From Candidatus Kaiserbacteria bacterium (lineage in GTDB: Bacteria > Patescibacteriota > Minisyncoccia > Phycocordibacterales > UBA2100), in NCBI GenBank assembly GCA_023267655.1, contig JAHFMV010000006.1:1-59292 (forward strand): DNA of 59,292 nt, in the 5' to 3' direction. The stretch's first letter is position 1. The number at the start of each line of letters is the position of its first letter. The position numbers and the translations under genes were made by a program. Positions 35,379 through 44,083 of the stretch are shown here, piece by piece. The notes beneath the pieces were generated by a model. The model did no database searches. It had not been told where the DNA came from and saw only the letters and a program-made list of their open reading frames with translations.

Positions 35379-35801
35379 CTACAATTTAATGGTGAATACC
35401 GTTGTCTCTTTCACATTAAATCCCACTTTCTTGTAGAGATTATGTGCGGCGGCATGAATTGGCCGGCTTGTAAGATAGACAGTGTCCGCCTTTTTCTCGC
35501 GGGCAATACTAAGGACTTCGCGCACCAGCTTTTCTCCGATACCCTGCCCGCGATATCCACTATCAACGACAACGTCTTCGATGTATCCGCCGCGTTTGCC
35601 GATTTTTTGGAGCATGTAGAGTGTGGCAAGTCCAATGATTTTCTCGCCGTCTTTCGCAACGACCATAGTGGCGTTTTCATCCGCGAGCAACGCATTTAAA
35701 TCCGCCAACGTACCTACCCGCCCCTCGTGGAGCTCGTTGTTCACCGCGTTAATATCCGCAAGCGCGCTTTCGCTCGCTTCGGTAAGCTTTTCAATTGTCA
35801 T
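35379..35801 (-). CDS. GNAT N-acetyltransferase
   Basis: IEDVVVDSGYRGQGIGEKLV (motif A Q/RxxGxG). A TAGGAT -10 box lies 7 nt before ATG 35801. Confidence 0.85.
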   Translation of the reverse strand: MTIEKLTEASESALADINAVNNELHEGRVGTLADLNALLADENATMVVAKDGEKIIGLATLYMLQKIGKRGGYIEDVVVDSGYRGQGIGEKLVREVLSIAREKKADTVYLTSRPIHAAAHNLYKKVGFNVKETTVFTIKL

Positions 35802-35868
35802 GGAAACAATCCTACCCTCTCCACTTGAACGGGGCAAGAACGCCGACACGCGTTGTATACTGACCCGA

Positions 35869-37050
35869 ATGTCACTTACCCGATCCCTTGGGTGTCTCGG
35901 TTTGGTCATCATTCTTGCCTTTGCTTTCGCTGCACATGCAGCGAATCGTCCTGCGACCGCCGCTGATTGCGCAAAACTTGCTACAGAATCCCCAGGGATT
36001 CCGTGTGATCCCGGACAAACGCCCTACGATCCCAACAATCCCTTCATAGGCGACGAGGCCGCCGACGCCACAAAATTCCTCCTCGAGAGAAATGGCACGG
36101 GGACGCGAGGAACGGAGTGTTACAACGGAGATCAGACGATGAGAATTACGAAATTAAATCCGCAGTTTAAGATCGGCCTCGCTAAAGCGATCGCAGAGAT
36201 GGAGAAGTTGTACGGCGGAAGAGAGATCATTCAATCGGGATTCCGGTGCGATGGCACGGACGGCAATCATCCTAAGGGGTGCGCGGTCGATATCATCTAC
36301 GCATCATGTAAAGCAAAAGGAGGCGATGGCTGGCGTTGTTCTTCGGATCGATTCGATTCGCCCGAACAAAAGTGGATTGACGCAAACGGCAAAAATGCGC
36401 CGTACAATATTCACCTTCGGTTACGATATGCCCCGGAAGGCCACCATGTCGAACCGGTCAACACAAAAGACTGTGTGACCGGTGCTACGGTGGGATCGGG
36501 CAATCCTCCCGGTTCCCCGACGAGCGATTTTGCAAACGCGATCCGCCAAGCACTCGGTGTGCAACAACAGCCAGCACAACAACCGCCGCTTCCACCGCAA
36601 CCGCTGCCGCAACAGCAATCCCCTCTGAACAATTTCAATCAGCCAATGCCAACACCGATCCCGATCGCAACGTCGTCCGATACCAGCGATACGTCGAGTG
36701 GACCTTCAATTGCTGACAAGTTAGAAAAACTCGCAAACGGCGACACGGAAAAGACGCCGCCGACACAAGTCGGTACGTCGGTTCCGCTCGTCATCAATGG
36801 GAAGGATGTTGGGGTTATTGCCGGTACTAAAAAAGCCGACGATGTACCTTCAACAGCCGGCATTGGCGGATCGATCACACAAAATACATTTGCGACAGAA
36901 GATTTGAGCAACCAAGGGGTACATACGGGCACTCAAAGTGCATTCGTCCGCATCCTCGCCTCTATAAAAGCCACACTGCTGCAAATGCTGCAATATTTGA
37001 AACCCTTCGGATCGCGTCCTGCACCTGATACTACTGAATACTCTGACTAG
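35869..37050 (+). CDS. Secreted LAS/M15-type peptidase-like protein with P/Q-rich linker and conserved C-terminal module (paralog 1)
   Basis: Signal peptide MSLTRSLGCLGLVIILAFAFAAHA, HPKGCAVDI (HxxGxAxD), EGHHVEP, then the QQQPAQQPPLPPQPLPQQQ linker. Confidence 0.6.
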   Translation: MSLTRSLGCLGLVIILAFAFAAHAANRPATAADCAKLATESPGIPCDPGQTPYDPNNPFIGDEAADATKFLLERNGTGTRGTECYNGDQTMRITKLNPQFKIGLAKAIAEMEKLYGGREIIQSGFRCDGTDGNHPKGCAVDIIYASCKAKGGDGWRCSSDRFDSPEQKWIDANGKNAPYNIHLRLRYAPEGHHVEPVNTKDCVTGATVGSGNPPGSPTSDFANAIRQALGVQQQPAQQPPLPPQPLPQQQSPLNNFNQPMPTPIPIATSSDTSDTSSGPSIADKLEKLANGDTEKTPPTQVGTSVPLVINGKDVGVIAGTKKADDVPSTAGIGGSITQNTFATEDLSNQGVHTGTQSAFVRILASIKATLLQMLQYLKPFGSRPAPDTTEYSD

Positions 37051-37084
37051 TAATCCACGTGCGACAAGCGTGTATACTTTGCTG

Positions 37085-38386
37085 ATGTCCTTGCGTGGTT
37101 TGAGGTTATTTTTCCTATTGTTTGTAGCAACCGTACTAATACTCATGCCAAATGAGATTTTTGCGCAGTCATTCGCATGCACAGGCGGTGGACAATCACA
37201 TCCTGCGACACAAGCAGAAGCAGATGCTGCGTTTCCTAAGGGCTCTGTTGTAGTAGGAAAAACGCAAGTGTGTCCGGGTCAGTCGAGTGGAGGGATTACT
37301 GAAGACGCTGGAAAAGCAAAAGAATCTCTGAACACGATGTGGTGCGGAGGCAAAGCGGCACAGTGCGGTCCGTATAAAAGCGACGTGGAACATCTTGATC
37401 CACAATTCACCGTGTGCGCCGCAAAATTTTTACAAGAAGTGCGGCAAAAAGACCCTTCGATTTGCATTGCGTCAGGATTTCGTAGCACCGAGCATCAACA
37501 ATTTTTGTGCAGCGGCGGATGTGGGAGAGTGAATGGTCCTTGCGCGCCCGCAGGACAGTCAAAACATCAATCAGGAAGAGCAATAGATATTGAGAAACCG
37601 GGATTTAACACGCTCCCCGCATGGGTCCATCAGACGGCGAGGGAGGGAGGGGGTGTTTCGTTCCCTGTACCAGGTGATGATGGGCATATGGAACCGGCCA
37701 ATACAAACGCATCTGATTGTGCCACGCCGGGGTACATCGCTCCTGGAAACGGTGGTGGGCTAACATCTCAATCTCCCACGTCGCAATTCGCCAGTGCGAT
37801 TCGGCAAGCGCTTGGAGTTCAACAGCCACAGCTTCCGCCACAACCTATGCTTCCTCCGCAACCGCTCGCGCAGGCACAACCTATCACAAATGCGTTTATG
37901 CCACCGATGCCGATGATAAATCCGACTGTCACGGCAACATCATCGGATGGGACGAGCGACTCTGGCGGACCGAGCACCTACGCGCCCGGTGTTTCCGACA
38001 GCATCACTGGCGGGATCGGAAAAACCACGGCGACCGGCACGTCGCTCGCGGACAAACTACAAGAACTCGCCTTTGGCGTCTCGACCGGCATGGCGACCGC
38101 AAGCGGACCGTACATTCCGCTCGTCATTAACCCCAACGACCGTGGTAATGCCGCGGATGCCACGACCTCGACGACGAGCGCGCAGTTTGCAACAAGTACC
38201 GGCGCCGTCGTCACACAAAATACCTTCGGGCAAAATTCTGTCTATTTCACGCCCGACTATTCAGTGTTCCAAAGCGCGACCGGTTTTGGAGAAATTCTTG
38301 CGCGCGTGCGAGTCGTCTTGAGTAACATGCTCACCTTTCTGCGACCATTCAACCGGCAACTTGTGTCGCCGGGAGTATCCGAATGA
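37085..38386 (+). CDS. Secreted LAS/M15-type peptidase-like protein (paralog 2)
   Basis: SKHQSGRAIDI (SxHxxGxAxD), DDGHMEP. Shares FA(N/S)AIRQALGVQQ, ADKL, PLVIN, TQNTF and (K/R)PF blocks with paralog 1. Confidence 0.65.
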   Translation: MSLRGLRLFFLLFVATVLILMPNEIFAQSFACTGGGQSHPATQAEADAAFPKGSVVVGKTQVCPGQSSGGITEDAGKAKESLNTMWCGGKAAQCGPYKSDVEHLDPQFTVCAAKFLQEVRQKDPSICIASGFRSTEHQQFLCSGGCGRVNGPCAPAGQSKHQSGRAIDIEKPGFNTLPAWVHQTAREGGGVSFPVPGDDGHMEPANTNASDCATPGYIAPGNGGGLTSQSPTSQFASAIRQALGVQQPQLPPQPMLPPQPLAQAQPITNAFMPPMPMINPTVTATSSDGTSDSGGPSTYAPGVSDSITGGIGKTTATGTSLADKLQELAFGVSTGMATASGPYIPLVINPNDRGNAADATTSTTSAQFATSTGAVVTQNTFGQNSVYFTPDYSVFQSATGFGEILARVRVVLSNMLTFLRPFNRQLVSPGVSE

Positions 38387-38407
38387 GTTCCCTCTTTCTG
38401 AACTTTG

Positions 38408-38416
38408 TGCTATAAT
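38408..38416 (+). promoter_or_regulatory. Extended -10 promoter TGcTATAAT upstream of infC
   Basis: Perfect TATAAT with an upstream TG. Confidence 0.5.
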
Positions 38417-38430
38417 TTCCCTTTCCGCAC

Positions 38431-39072
38431 GTGCTGCGGATTACTTTTCAAATGGGATTCACAAAGTACACAACACAAACGGAAAAAACCCGCGTTCGCA
38501 TGAACGAGGGCATCCGCGTACCCGAAGTGCGCTGCCTCGGCCCTGCCGGAGAAAATTACGGCATCATCAAGATCGAGGAGGCGCTCGCAAAGGCAAAGGA
38601 AGCCGGACTCGATCTTATCGAAGTCTCCCCCAATGCCGTCCCGCCCGTGTGCAAAATCACCGATTACGGCAAATTTAAGTATGAGCAGAACAAGAAGGAT
38701 AAGGAGGTGAAATCGAAGATCCGCGTGTCCGAAACCAAGGAAGTACAGGTCAAAATAGGCACTTCTGACCACGATATGGGCATCAAGGCCGGGAAGGCCG
38801 CAGGATGGCTCCGCGAGGGCCATAGGGTCAAGGTCGACCTTTTCCTCTGGGGGCGCTATAAATATATGGATTTTAAGTTCCTGAAGGAGCGTCTGGAGCG
38901 CTTCCTTGCTATTATCCCAGAATCGTATAAAATCGCCGACGAGATCAAGAAGAGCCCCAAAGGCCTCTCGGTCGCCCTCGAGCGGGACGCCTCAAAAAAG
39001 GCAGGTTCTAAGCCATCACAGGCACCAAAACCTGTTGCAGAAGCGCGAGTGGAGGAAGAAGAAACCGTATGA
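38431..39072 (+). CDS. infC: Translation initiation factor IF-3 (start codon uncertain: GTG 38431, ATT 38440 or ATG 38452)
   Basis: MNEGIRVPEVRCLGPAGENYGII...AGLDLIEVSPNAVPPVCKITDYGKFKYE. Confidence 0.9.
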   Translation: MLRITFQMGFTKYTTQTEKTRVRMNEGIRVPEVRCLGPAGENYGIIKIEEALAKAKEAGLDLIEVSPNAVPPVCKITDYGKFKYEQNKKDKEVKSKIRVSETKEVQVKIGTSDHDMGIKAGKAAGWLREGHRVKVDLFLWGRYKYMDFKFLKERLERFLAIIPESYKIADEIKKSPKGLSVALERDASKKAGSKPSQAPKPVAEARVEEEETV

Positions 39073-39128
39073 AATCCAACCCCATTAAATAGCTACGCAT
39101 CTAACGGGGCAGGCAAATCTTCAAAATT

Positions 39129-39320
39129 ATGAAAAGTAACAAATCATACTCAAAGAGACTTCGAGTTACAAAGAACGGGAAAATTATCGCCCGTGTCCCC
39201 GGTCACAACCACTTCAATGCGAAGCGGAGCGGCGGCGAAAAGCAGCGCCGCGCGCGATCGGTGGGCTTCCACGCGACCTTGCGTCCGAGCGACAAGAGCC
39301 GTTTTTTCCCGAACTCTTAA
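39129..39320 (+). CDS. rpmI: 50S ribosomal protein L35
   Basis: MKSNKSYSKRLRVTKNGKIIARVPGHNHF. Confidence 0.9.
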   Translation: MKSNKSYSKRLRVTKNGKIIARVPGHNHFNAKRSGGEKQRRARSVGFHATLRPSDKSRFFPNS

Positions 39321-39366
39321 TGTGTATTTCCCTATAACCTGAAACCTAGAACCTAACACCTAATGT

Positions 39367-39711
39367 ATGGCCCGAGTAAAACGAGGAACAACCAAAAATA
39401 AACGCCGCAAGTACATCCTTGCGCAGACCAAGGGCTATCGTTTCGACCGCTCGACGAAAGAGCGCGTCGCAAAGGAAGCGATCAAACACGCCGGCATCCA
39501 CGCATTCCGCCATCGCCGGGCAAAGAAGCGTGAATTTCGCCAACTCTGGGCGCTTCGCATCAATGCGGCTGCTCGTCCGCTCGGCTACTCATACTCGAAA
39601 CTCATCGGCGCACTCAAGAAAAAGAATATCGCGCTCGATAGGAAGTCCCTCGCGGCGCTCGCGAAAGACTATCCGGAGACCTTTGCACACATCGTAAAGC
39701 AGCTCGCGTAG
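39367..39711 (+). CDS. rplT: 50S ribosomal protein L20
   Basis: MARVKRGTTKNKRRKYILAQTKGYR...LWALRINAAARP. Confidence 0.95.
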   Translation: MARVKRGTTKNKRRKYILAQTKGYRFDRSTKERVAKEAIKHAGIHAFRHRRAKKREFRQLWALRINAAARPLGYSYSKLIGALKKKNIALDRKSLAALAKDYPETFAHIVKQLA

Positions 39712-39732
39712 TCTCCAAGGTATACTTCCCAA

Positions 39733-40305
39733 GTGAATTTGGTCGCCGCTATTTGGGGTTCGCTTATTTTTGCGCAGTTCGCGCTCCTTTTTGCACTCAT
39801 CGGTTTTATCATACGATTCGGCATTCTGATTATTTCGCGGGGGTTCGATGTGCCTTTTGTTCGCACTCCGCGCGCATATTTTCCGAAAATTGCAGAAGCG
39901 TTGAAAATCCGGCCGAACGACGTCGTGTACGACCTCGGATCAGGTGAAGGAAAATTCGTCTTGTACTGTGCACAAAAATATCCTGATGCACGATTTGTCG
40001 GCATCGAGCGAAATTTTGTGCTGTATGTGCAAGCGCTCGCCCGCAAAAAAATCGCCGGAAATCCGAGAAATGCCACGTTCCGCCGGGAAAATTTCTTTAC
40101 CACCGACATGCGTGACGCTACGCGTGTCTACGCATACCTGCTCCCCAAAGCGATGGAGCGACTTTTTTCCGATACCCCACACCCGGGTCTGCGTGTCGCC
40201 TCCCGCGCCTTCCAGATCAAACGCCGCGAACCGATCGAAACAATGGAGCTGACACAAAAGAAAGGCTGGCACAATCAGCACTTGCTGCATATTTACGAGC
40301 TCTAA
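39733..40305 (+). CDS. Class I SAM-dependent methyltransferase with N-terminal TM helix
   Basis: VVYDLGSGEGKF motif I. GTG start 6 nt after TATACT (39721-39726). Confidence 0.7.
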   Translation: MNLVAAIWGSLIFAQFALLFALIGFIIRFGILIISRGFDVPFVRTPRAYFPKIAEALKIRPNDVVYDLGSGEGKFVLYCAQKYPDARFVGIERNFVLYVQALARKKIAGNPRNATFRRENFFTTDMRDATRVYAYLLPKAMERLFSDTPHPGLRVASRAFQIKRREPIETMELTQKKGWHNQHLLHIYEL

Positions 40306-40985
40306 AGGATAGTCTCGGCATTTTTTCCGGTTGCAGACCACCCATCATGGTTGTTGAACGCGAGGTCTTTTTCTTTGATCTTCCCCACCATTTCAATGAG
40401 GCGCTCGACGAGTGCTTTGGGGTCGGAATCGAAAATGATGCCTTCGGCGGGGCGATGTGCCGCGTCAATAACTTTGCGGAGAAATTCGTCGGTCTGCCAA
40501 CTGCCTTCGAGGACGCCGATCGGTCGGCGGTCTTCAAACGAGACGGCGAATTCATTCAGAGTCCCGACACGTCCCGGGCCGATCACCATCGCGTCGCAGG
40601 AGCGCACAAAGAGAAGATCGCGGCCGCTGTAGCCGAAACCCGTGTACACAACGACGTCCATGTAATCGAGTGGTAGTTTGTAGACTTCGAGATGCTCGTG
40701 CTCGGTCGCGGCGGGAGAAAAACCGATCGAGAATCCGCATTCGTCTTTTGCTCCCATCGCCGCGTACATCGGGAAGCCGGTCGTCGCACCCGTCACGATA
40801 ATGCCACCTTGGAGCGCGATTTCGTGCCCTACTTGCTTCGCTTTTTCAAACGCATCGAGGCCGGAGTACGTCGTATCGGCAGCGCCAGAGACGCCGATCT
40901 TCACGACGCCGTACCCATTCGGGAGGCGGCAGAAATTTTTCGGCGGCGCGACGTGATTTGGATGAATCGTCTTTATGACTTTCAT
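40302..40985 (-). CDS. LOG/TIGR00725-like Rossmann-fold protein
   Basis: VSGAAD..., IVTGATTGFPMYAAMGA, VIGPGRVGTLNEF (PGGxGTxxE-like). Confidence 0.7.
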   Translation of the reverse strand: MKVIKTIHPNHVAPPKNFCRLPNGYGVVKIGVSGAADTTYSGLDAFEKAKQVGHEIALQGGIIVTGATTGFPMYAAMGAKDECGFSIGFSPAATEHEHLEVYKLPLDYMDVVVYTGFGYSGRDLLFVRSCDAMVIGPGRVGTLNEFAVSFEDRRPIGVLEGSWQTDEFLRKVIDAAHRPAEGIIFDSDPKALVERLIEMVGKIKEKDLAFNNHDGWSATGKNAETIL

Positions 40986-41374
40986 TGAACAATAATTCTA
41001 TCATGCGACGCGATATACCGTGCGATGCATGCTCCGATAGTGCCGCCGAACGTATCCATCACGATATCTTTTGCGGTATCTAGAGGGTAGCTGATCCAAT
41101 TTGTCTGCGGAATATGGAATACGTATTCAAATACTTCCCACCCGAGGCCGATAATGAGCGCGATGAAAATACAAAATGGAACACTGATGCGCATGCCGAA
41201 ATGAACAGCCACCGATGCTGCGGCGAGCGCGATGAAAATCCCACCGATCGTATGCGTCACCATGTCGAACCAGTAATAGTAGAAATAAAGATCCCACTGC
41301 AGTGCTGCGATATGGAGGATAGCGACAAGAAGTGCCGTGAACAATTGCGCCCATAAGAGTCGTGTGGATGCCAT
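40982..41374 (-). CDS. Small 4-TM membrane protein, unknown function
   Basis: MASTRLLWAQLFTALLVAIL...DMVTHTIGG...GWEVFEY...DTAKDIVMDTFGG. ATGA-coupled to the LOG-like gene. Confidence 0.6.
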   Translation of the reverse strand: MASTRLLWAQLFTALLVAILHIAALQWDLYFYYYWFDMVTHTIGGIFIALAAASVAVHFGMRISVPFCIFIALIIGLGWEVFEYVFHIPQTNWISYPLDTAKDIVMDTFGGTIGACIARYIASHDRIIVQ

Positions 41375-41541
41375 ACAGTCTCTACAAAGAAACCCGCTCG
41401 AGTGCGGGGTTTCTTTGGGGCGACCTGTACTGCAAGCCTGGGCATTGGAGTCCAGGTGGGTTTCCGCAGCAGTCACGCCGATGGCGCGAAGCAATATGAG
41501 AATCCCTAAAGTTAACCAAGCAGGTTTAAGTACCGGTCGCT
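41375..41541 (-). promoter_or_regulatory. 167-nt structured leader with closing helix and terminator hairpin (riboswitch-like or attenuator candidate)
   Basis: TGgTATACT promoter at 41548-41556. P1-like pairing AGCGACCGGUACU / AGUACAGGUCGC. Inner hairpins. Terminator AAAGAAACCCGC-TCGAGT-GCGGGGTTTCTTT at 41386-41416. Confidence 0.35.
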
Positions 41542-41614
41542 GGTACTAGTATACCAAAGTGTGGTAGGCTTCCGCGAGACTTCGGAATTTCTCGAACCAT
41601 AAGGAAGTCCTCCG

Positions 41615-41839
41615 ATGCAGAAGATTCTCTACCGCATAGAACGCCTCCTGTACCGGCTGATGCAAGCTTCTCTTGGGGTTGCGGCTCTCGGATTTGCCGC
41701 ATGGGCTATTCTGGGGGTTTTCGATGCCCGCACCTCAACAGTAATCACGCTTGGTGGCATCGCAATTGCGATGGCATGCCTGATTCCCTATGCTTTCTTA
41801 TCATCGAGGCGAATTGATCGAGAGTTTCCGCTTCGATAG
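41615..41839 (+). CDS. 74-aa 2-TM protein
   Basis: AAGGAAG Shine-Dalgarno sequence, hydrophobic segments, strong terminator downstream. Confidence 0.5.
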   Translation: MQKILYRIERLLYRLMQASLGVAALGFAAWAILGVFDARTSTVITLGGIAIAMACLIPYAFLSSRRIDREFPLR

Positions 41840-41858
41840 CAATGCTGCCATTAGTTCA

Positions 41859-41887
41859 TGCCCCGCCGACCGGCGGGGCACTTTTTT
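41859..41887 (+). terminator. Rho-independent terminator
   Basis: TGCCCCGCCG-AC-CGGCGGGGCA followed by CTTTTTT. Confidence 0.8.
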
Positions 41888-41918
41888 ACTCATCGTACTA
41901 GAAAACGGGAACAGCGTA

Positions 41919-42458
41919 TTATTTCTTTCGTGTCTGTGTGAATTTCTCGTGAACCGTCTCGTACCCGTCGAAGAGTTCTGCTTCGGAAAACCAGTGCGCG
42001 ATCTCTGCAGCTGCTTCGGTCGTATCGCCGGATGCATGAACCAAATTCGGAATTCCGACATCGTTTGCATCGGCATGTCCAAAGCTCATATGTGAGTAGT
42101 CGCCACGGATTGTGCCGGGAACCGCAGATTTCGGTTCGGTCGCACCAACCATCTTGCGGACGAGGGCAACTGCTTCAACGCCGGTGAGAACGAGCGCAAG
42201 GACTGGCCCCATTTGCATCATATCCAACGTCACATCAAACGCTTTTTGACCGCGACGCGAAACCATCTTTCCAATATTCTCGTAATGGTGAAAGTAGTGG
42301 TCTTTCGAGGGTTCGACCATCTTGGCTCCAACCAACTTGAGACCGACTTTCTCGAATCGCGTGATAATTTCGCCGATAAGACCGCGCTGAATGGCGTCGG
42401 GCTTGATCAGGACCAGTGTCTTTTCTCCGTGTGTCATGCGCGACACTATAGCACTCAT
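41919..42458 (-). CDS. ndk: Nucleoside diphosphate kinase
   Basis: KTLVLIKPDAIQRGLIGEIITRFE...GTIRGDY...NLVHASG. Confidence 0.9.
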   Translation of the reverse strand: MSAIVSRMTHGEKTLVLIKPDAIQRGLIGEIITRFEKVGLKLVGAKMVEPSKDHYFHHYENIGKMVSRRGQKAFDVTLDMMQMGPVLALVLTGVEAVALVRKMVGATEPKSAVPGTIRGDYSHMSFGHADANDVGIPNLVHASGDTTEAAAEIAHWFSEAELFDGYETVHEKFTQTRKK

Positions 42459-43598
42459 TTATTGCCCCGCATAGGCAGCTTTCTCGGCTTGGATGGTCGC
42501 GATTTGTTCTGCGGCGCTCACCGGCGTGGCGACGGATGGGTCGGTGGCGACGATGGTTCTTGCCAAAGGTTCAACGATTGACCCCTCACCGATTACCAAA
42601 AAATTGTGTGCGCTGAGTGGGATTATGGTGTTCGAAATAATATGCAGACCCCCCATAGTGTTTATCGACACATTTGCGGGATTGGTTACGGTATTGTGAT
42701 TGCTATCCCACTCCGAATACATCCATTGATGCAGACTTGCATCGAAATACGTTCTGCGACTACATTTTCCACACTCATCGTAAACACCTGACTGTGAAGC
42801 GATCTTCGCGATGACGATAGTTTTCGTTCCATTAGAAACTTGAAGGGTCGGAATCGGATCCTGCAATGGGTTGCCGCCATATCCGAGTCCACCTGGATGT
42901 GCAGTGGTTTGACTGACCGTCCATCCGCTCGGATACCAGAACGAAAATCCGAAATCGGTGTCGGTGTATTTCTGCATGCCGGGGACAGAAATACTGGACT
43001 GCGTGCCATTCGTACTTGAATCAACAACGATGATGGTTGCTGTTTTCACGACGTTGCCGTTCGCGTCAAGAAGCTTTGCGGTGAAAGTCCCTGCTGTCGC
43101 GTAGTTGTGAGCGATTTGCAGGAAATCAGAGACACAGCCATCATCCCCGCGTGCAGAACAATTAGGGTTTGCCGGATGGAACGAAAAAATGCGAGTACCA
43201 TCTCCAAAATCTACACTGCCTTTGCCGAAAGCCGTAGTTGGTCCGCGAAACGAAACAGCTGGCGGGGTGTCGATAGTATTCGTCCCACCTGTCTGAAGAT
43301 TCGGTATTGAAGTGTAATTATGTAATTGAACCGTGACTGATATTTGATTAGCCGGAATATCTCTTGAGTACATTGTGCCGACCACAAATTCTGCACCCAC
43401 CATATTATTTTGATGTTGTGGCGCAGTTGTCTGACTCCGCATGGCAAGCGCCTGCGTCGCCTGCGTAATTGCCTGCTGGGCAACCACTTGCGCCTGGTCT
43501 TTTTGCACTTGCGGCAATTCGGGATGGACTTGGACAAAACCCAAGAGCGCGAGGGCTGATTGGAGGAGTCCGACGACGAATCCAAAGATTGAGGACAT
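42459..43598 (-). CDS. Membrane-anchored surface protein with PKD-like domain
   Basis: N-terminal TM helix, Q-rich linker, VDFGDGT...IAHNYATAGTFTAKL. Its stop abuts the ndk start. Confidence 0.6.
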   Translation of the reverse strand: MSSIFGFVVGLLQSALALLGFVQVHPELPQVQKDQAQVVAQQAITQATQALAMRSQTTAPQHQNNMVGAEFVVGTMYSRDIPANQISVTVQLHNYTSIPNLQTGGTNTIDTPPAVSFRGPTTAFGKGSVDFGDGTRIFSFHPANPNCSARGDDGCVSDFLQIAHNYATAGTFTAKLLDANGNVVKTATIIVVDSSTNGTQSSISVPGMQKYTDTDFGFSFWYPSGWTVSQTTAHPGGLGYGGNPLQDPIPTLQVSNGTKTIVIAKIASQSGVYDECGKCSRRTYFDASLHQWMYSEWDSNHNTVTNPANVSINTMGGLHIISNTIIPLSAHNFLVIGEGSIVEPLARTIVATDPSVATPVSAAEQIATIQAEKAAYAGQ

Positions 43599-43690
43599 AT
43601 ATAGCTAGGTGCCTAAGGCTCTAAAGCGATTAATGAAGAAACCCTACCACGCATGCCCCCTTTCGCAAGGCGACACGTGTTATTAAGTCT

Positions 43691-44083
43691 TCACTGCTGC
43701 ACCGCATCAGCGAGCGTTCGTAAGACAGCACCATAGATTTCCCGGACTCTCTTGAGAAGTTCCGCGGCATATTCATCGCTATAGTCGTGAACCATCCGGT
43801 TCCTATCATCAATAACGGCGAGCAGAGTTTCTCCGTCGTCTCCAGTGATGAGAGACGCAGCGGATGCAGCGCGTACCGTGTCTTTGGGGAGCATCACGTC
43901 CGCGCCACGTTCGCTTAAGATTCGTTGCAAAACTTTCGGCATGAGTTCGGCGGCAAGCTCGAAGCGCAAGAGAACAGCATCGCGATCCGCATTTTCCGGC
44001 AAGGCGCCGAGTGCAAGCGCCTTTTCGAGAGCCGTTACTGCTTTTAAGAAACGTTGTGCCGTCCGTGTTGCTACGCTATCCAT
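43691..44083 (-). CDS. HEPN-domain protein (HI0074 / nucleotidyltransferase substrate-binding family)
   Basis: 130 aa, all-helical, RNRMVHDY (Rx4H) motif. Confidence 0.8.
   Translation of the reverse strand: MDSVATRTAQRFLKAVTALEKALALGALPENADRDAVLLRFELAAELMPKVLQRILSERGADVMLPKDTVRAASAASLITGDDGETLLAVIDDRNRMVHDYSDEYAAELLKRVREIYGAVLRTLADAVQQ

Noticed and set aside
29051-37050. N-terminal extensions in the ORF track (30455-30592, 33308-33493, 35623-35868, 35802-35912)
   Set aside because: The extensions run through promoters or upstream genes. Internal ATGs preceded by -10 boxes or tight coupling give protein N-termini that match family expectations (signal peptide, MISIQD..., MKRFVLRK...).
41375-41541. 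Assigning the structured leader to the TPP or ZTP riboswitch class
   Set aside because: Only loose similarity was found (CUGCGGAAACCC..., AAUGCCCAGG). The invariant CUGAGA (TPP) and CCGCCUGGGC (ZTP) cores are absent, so the class is left open.
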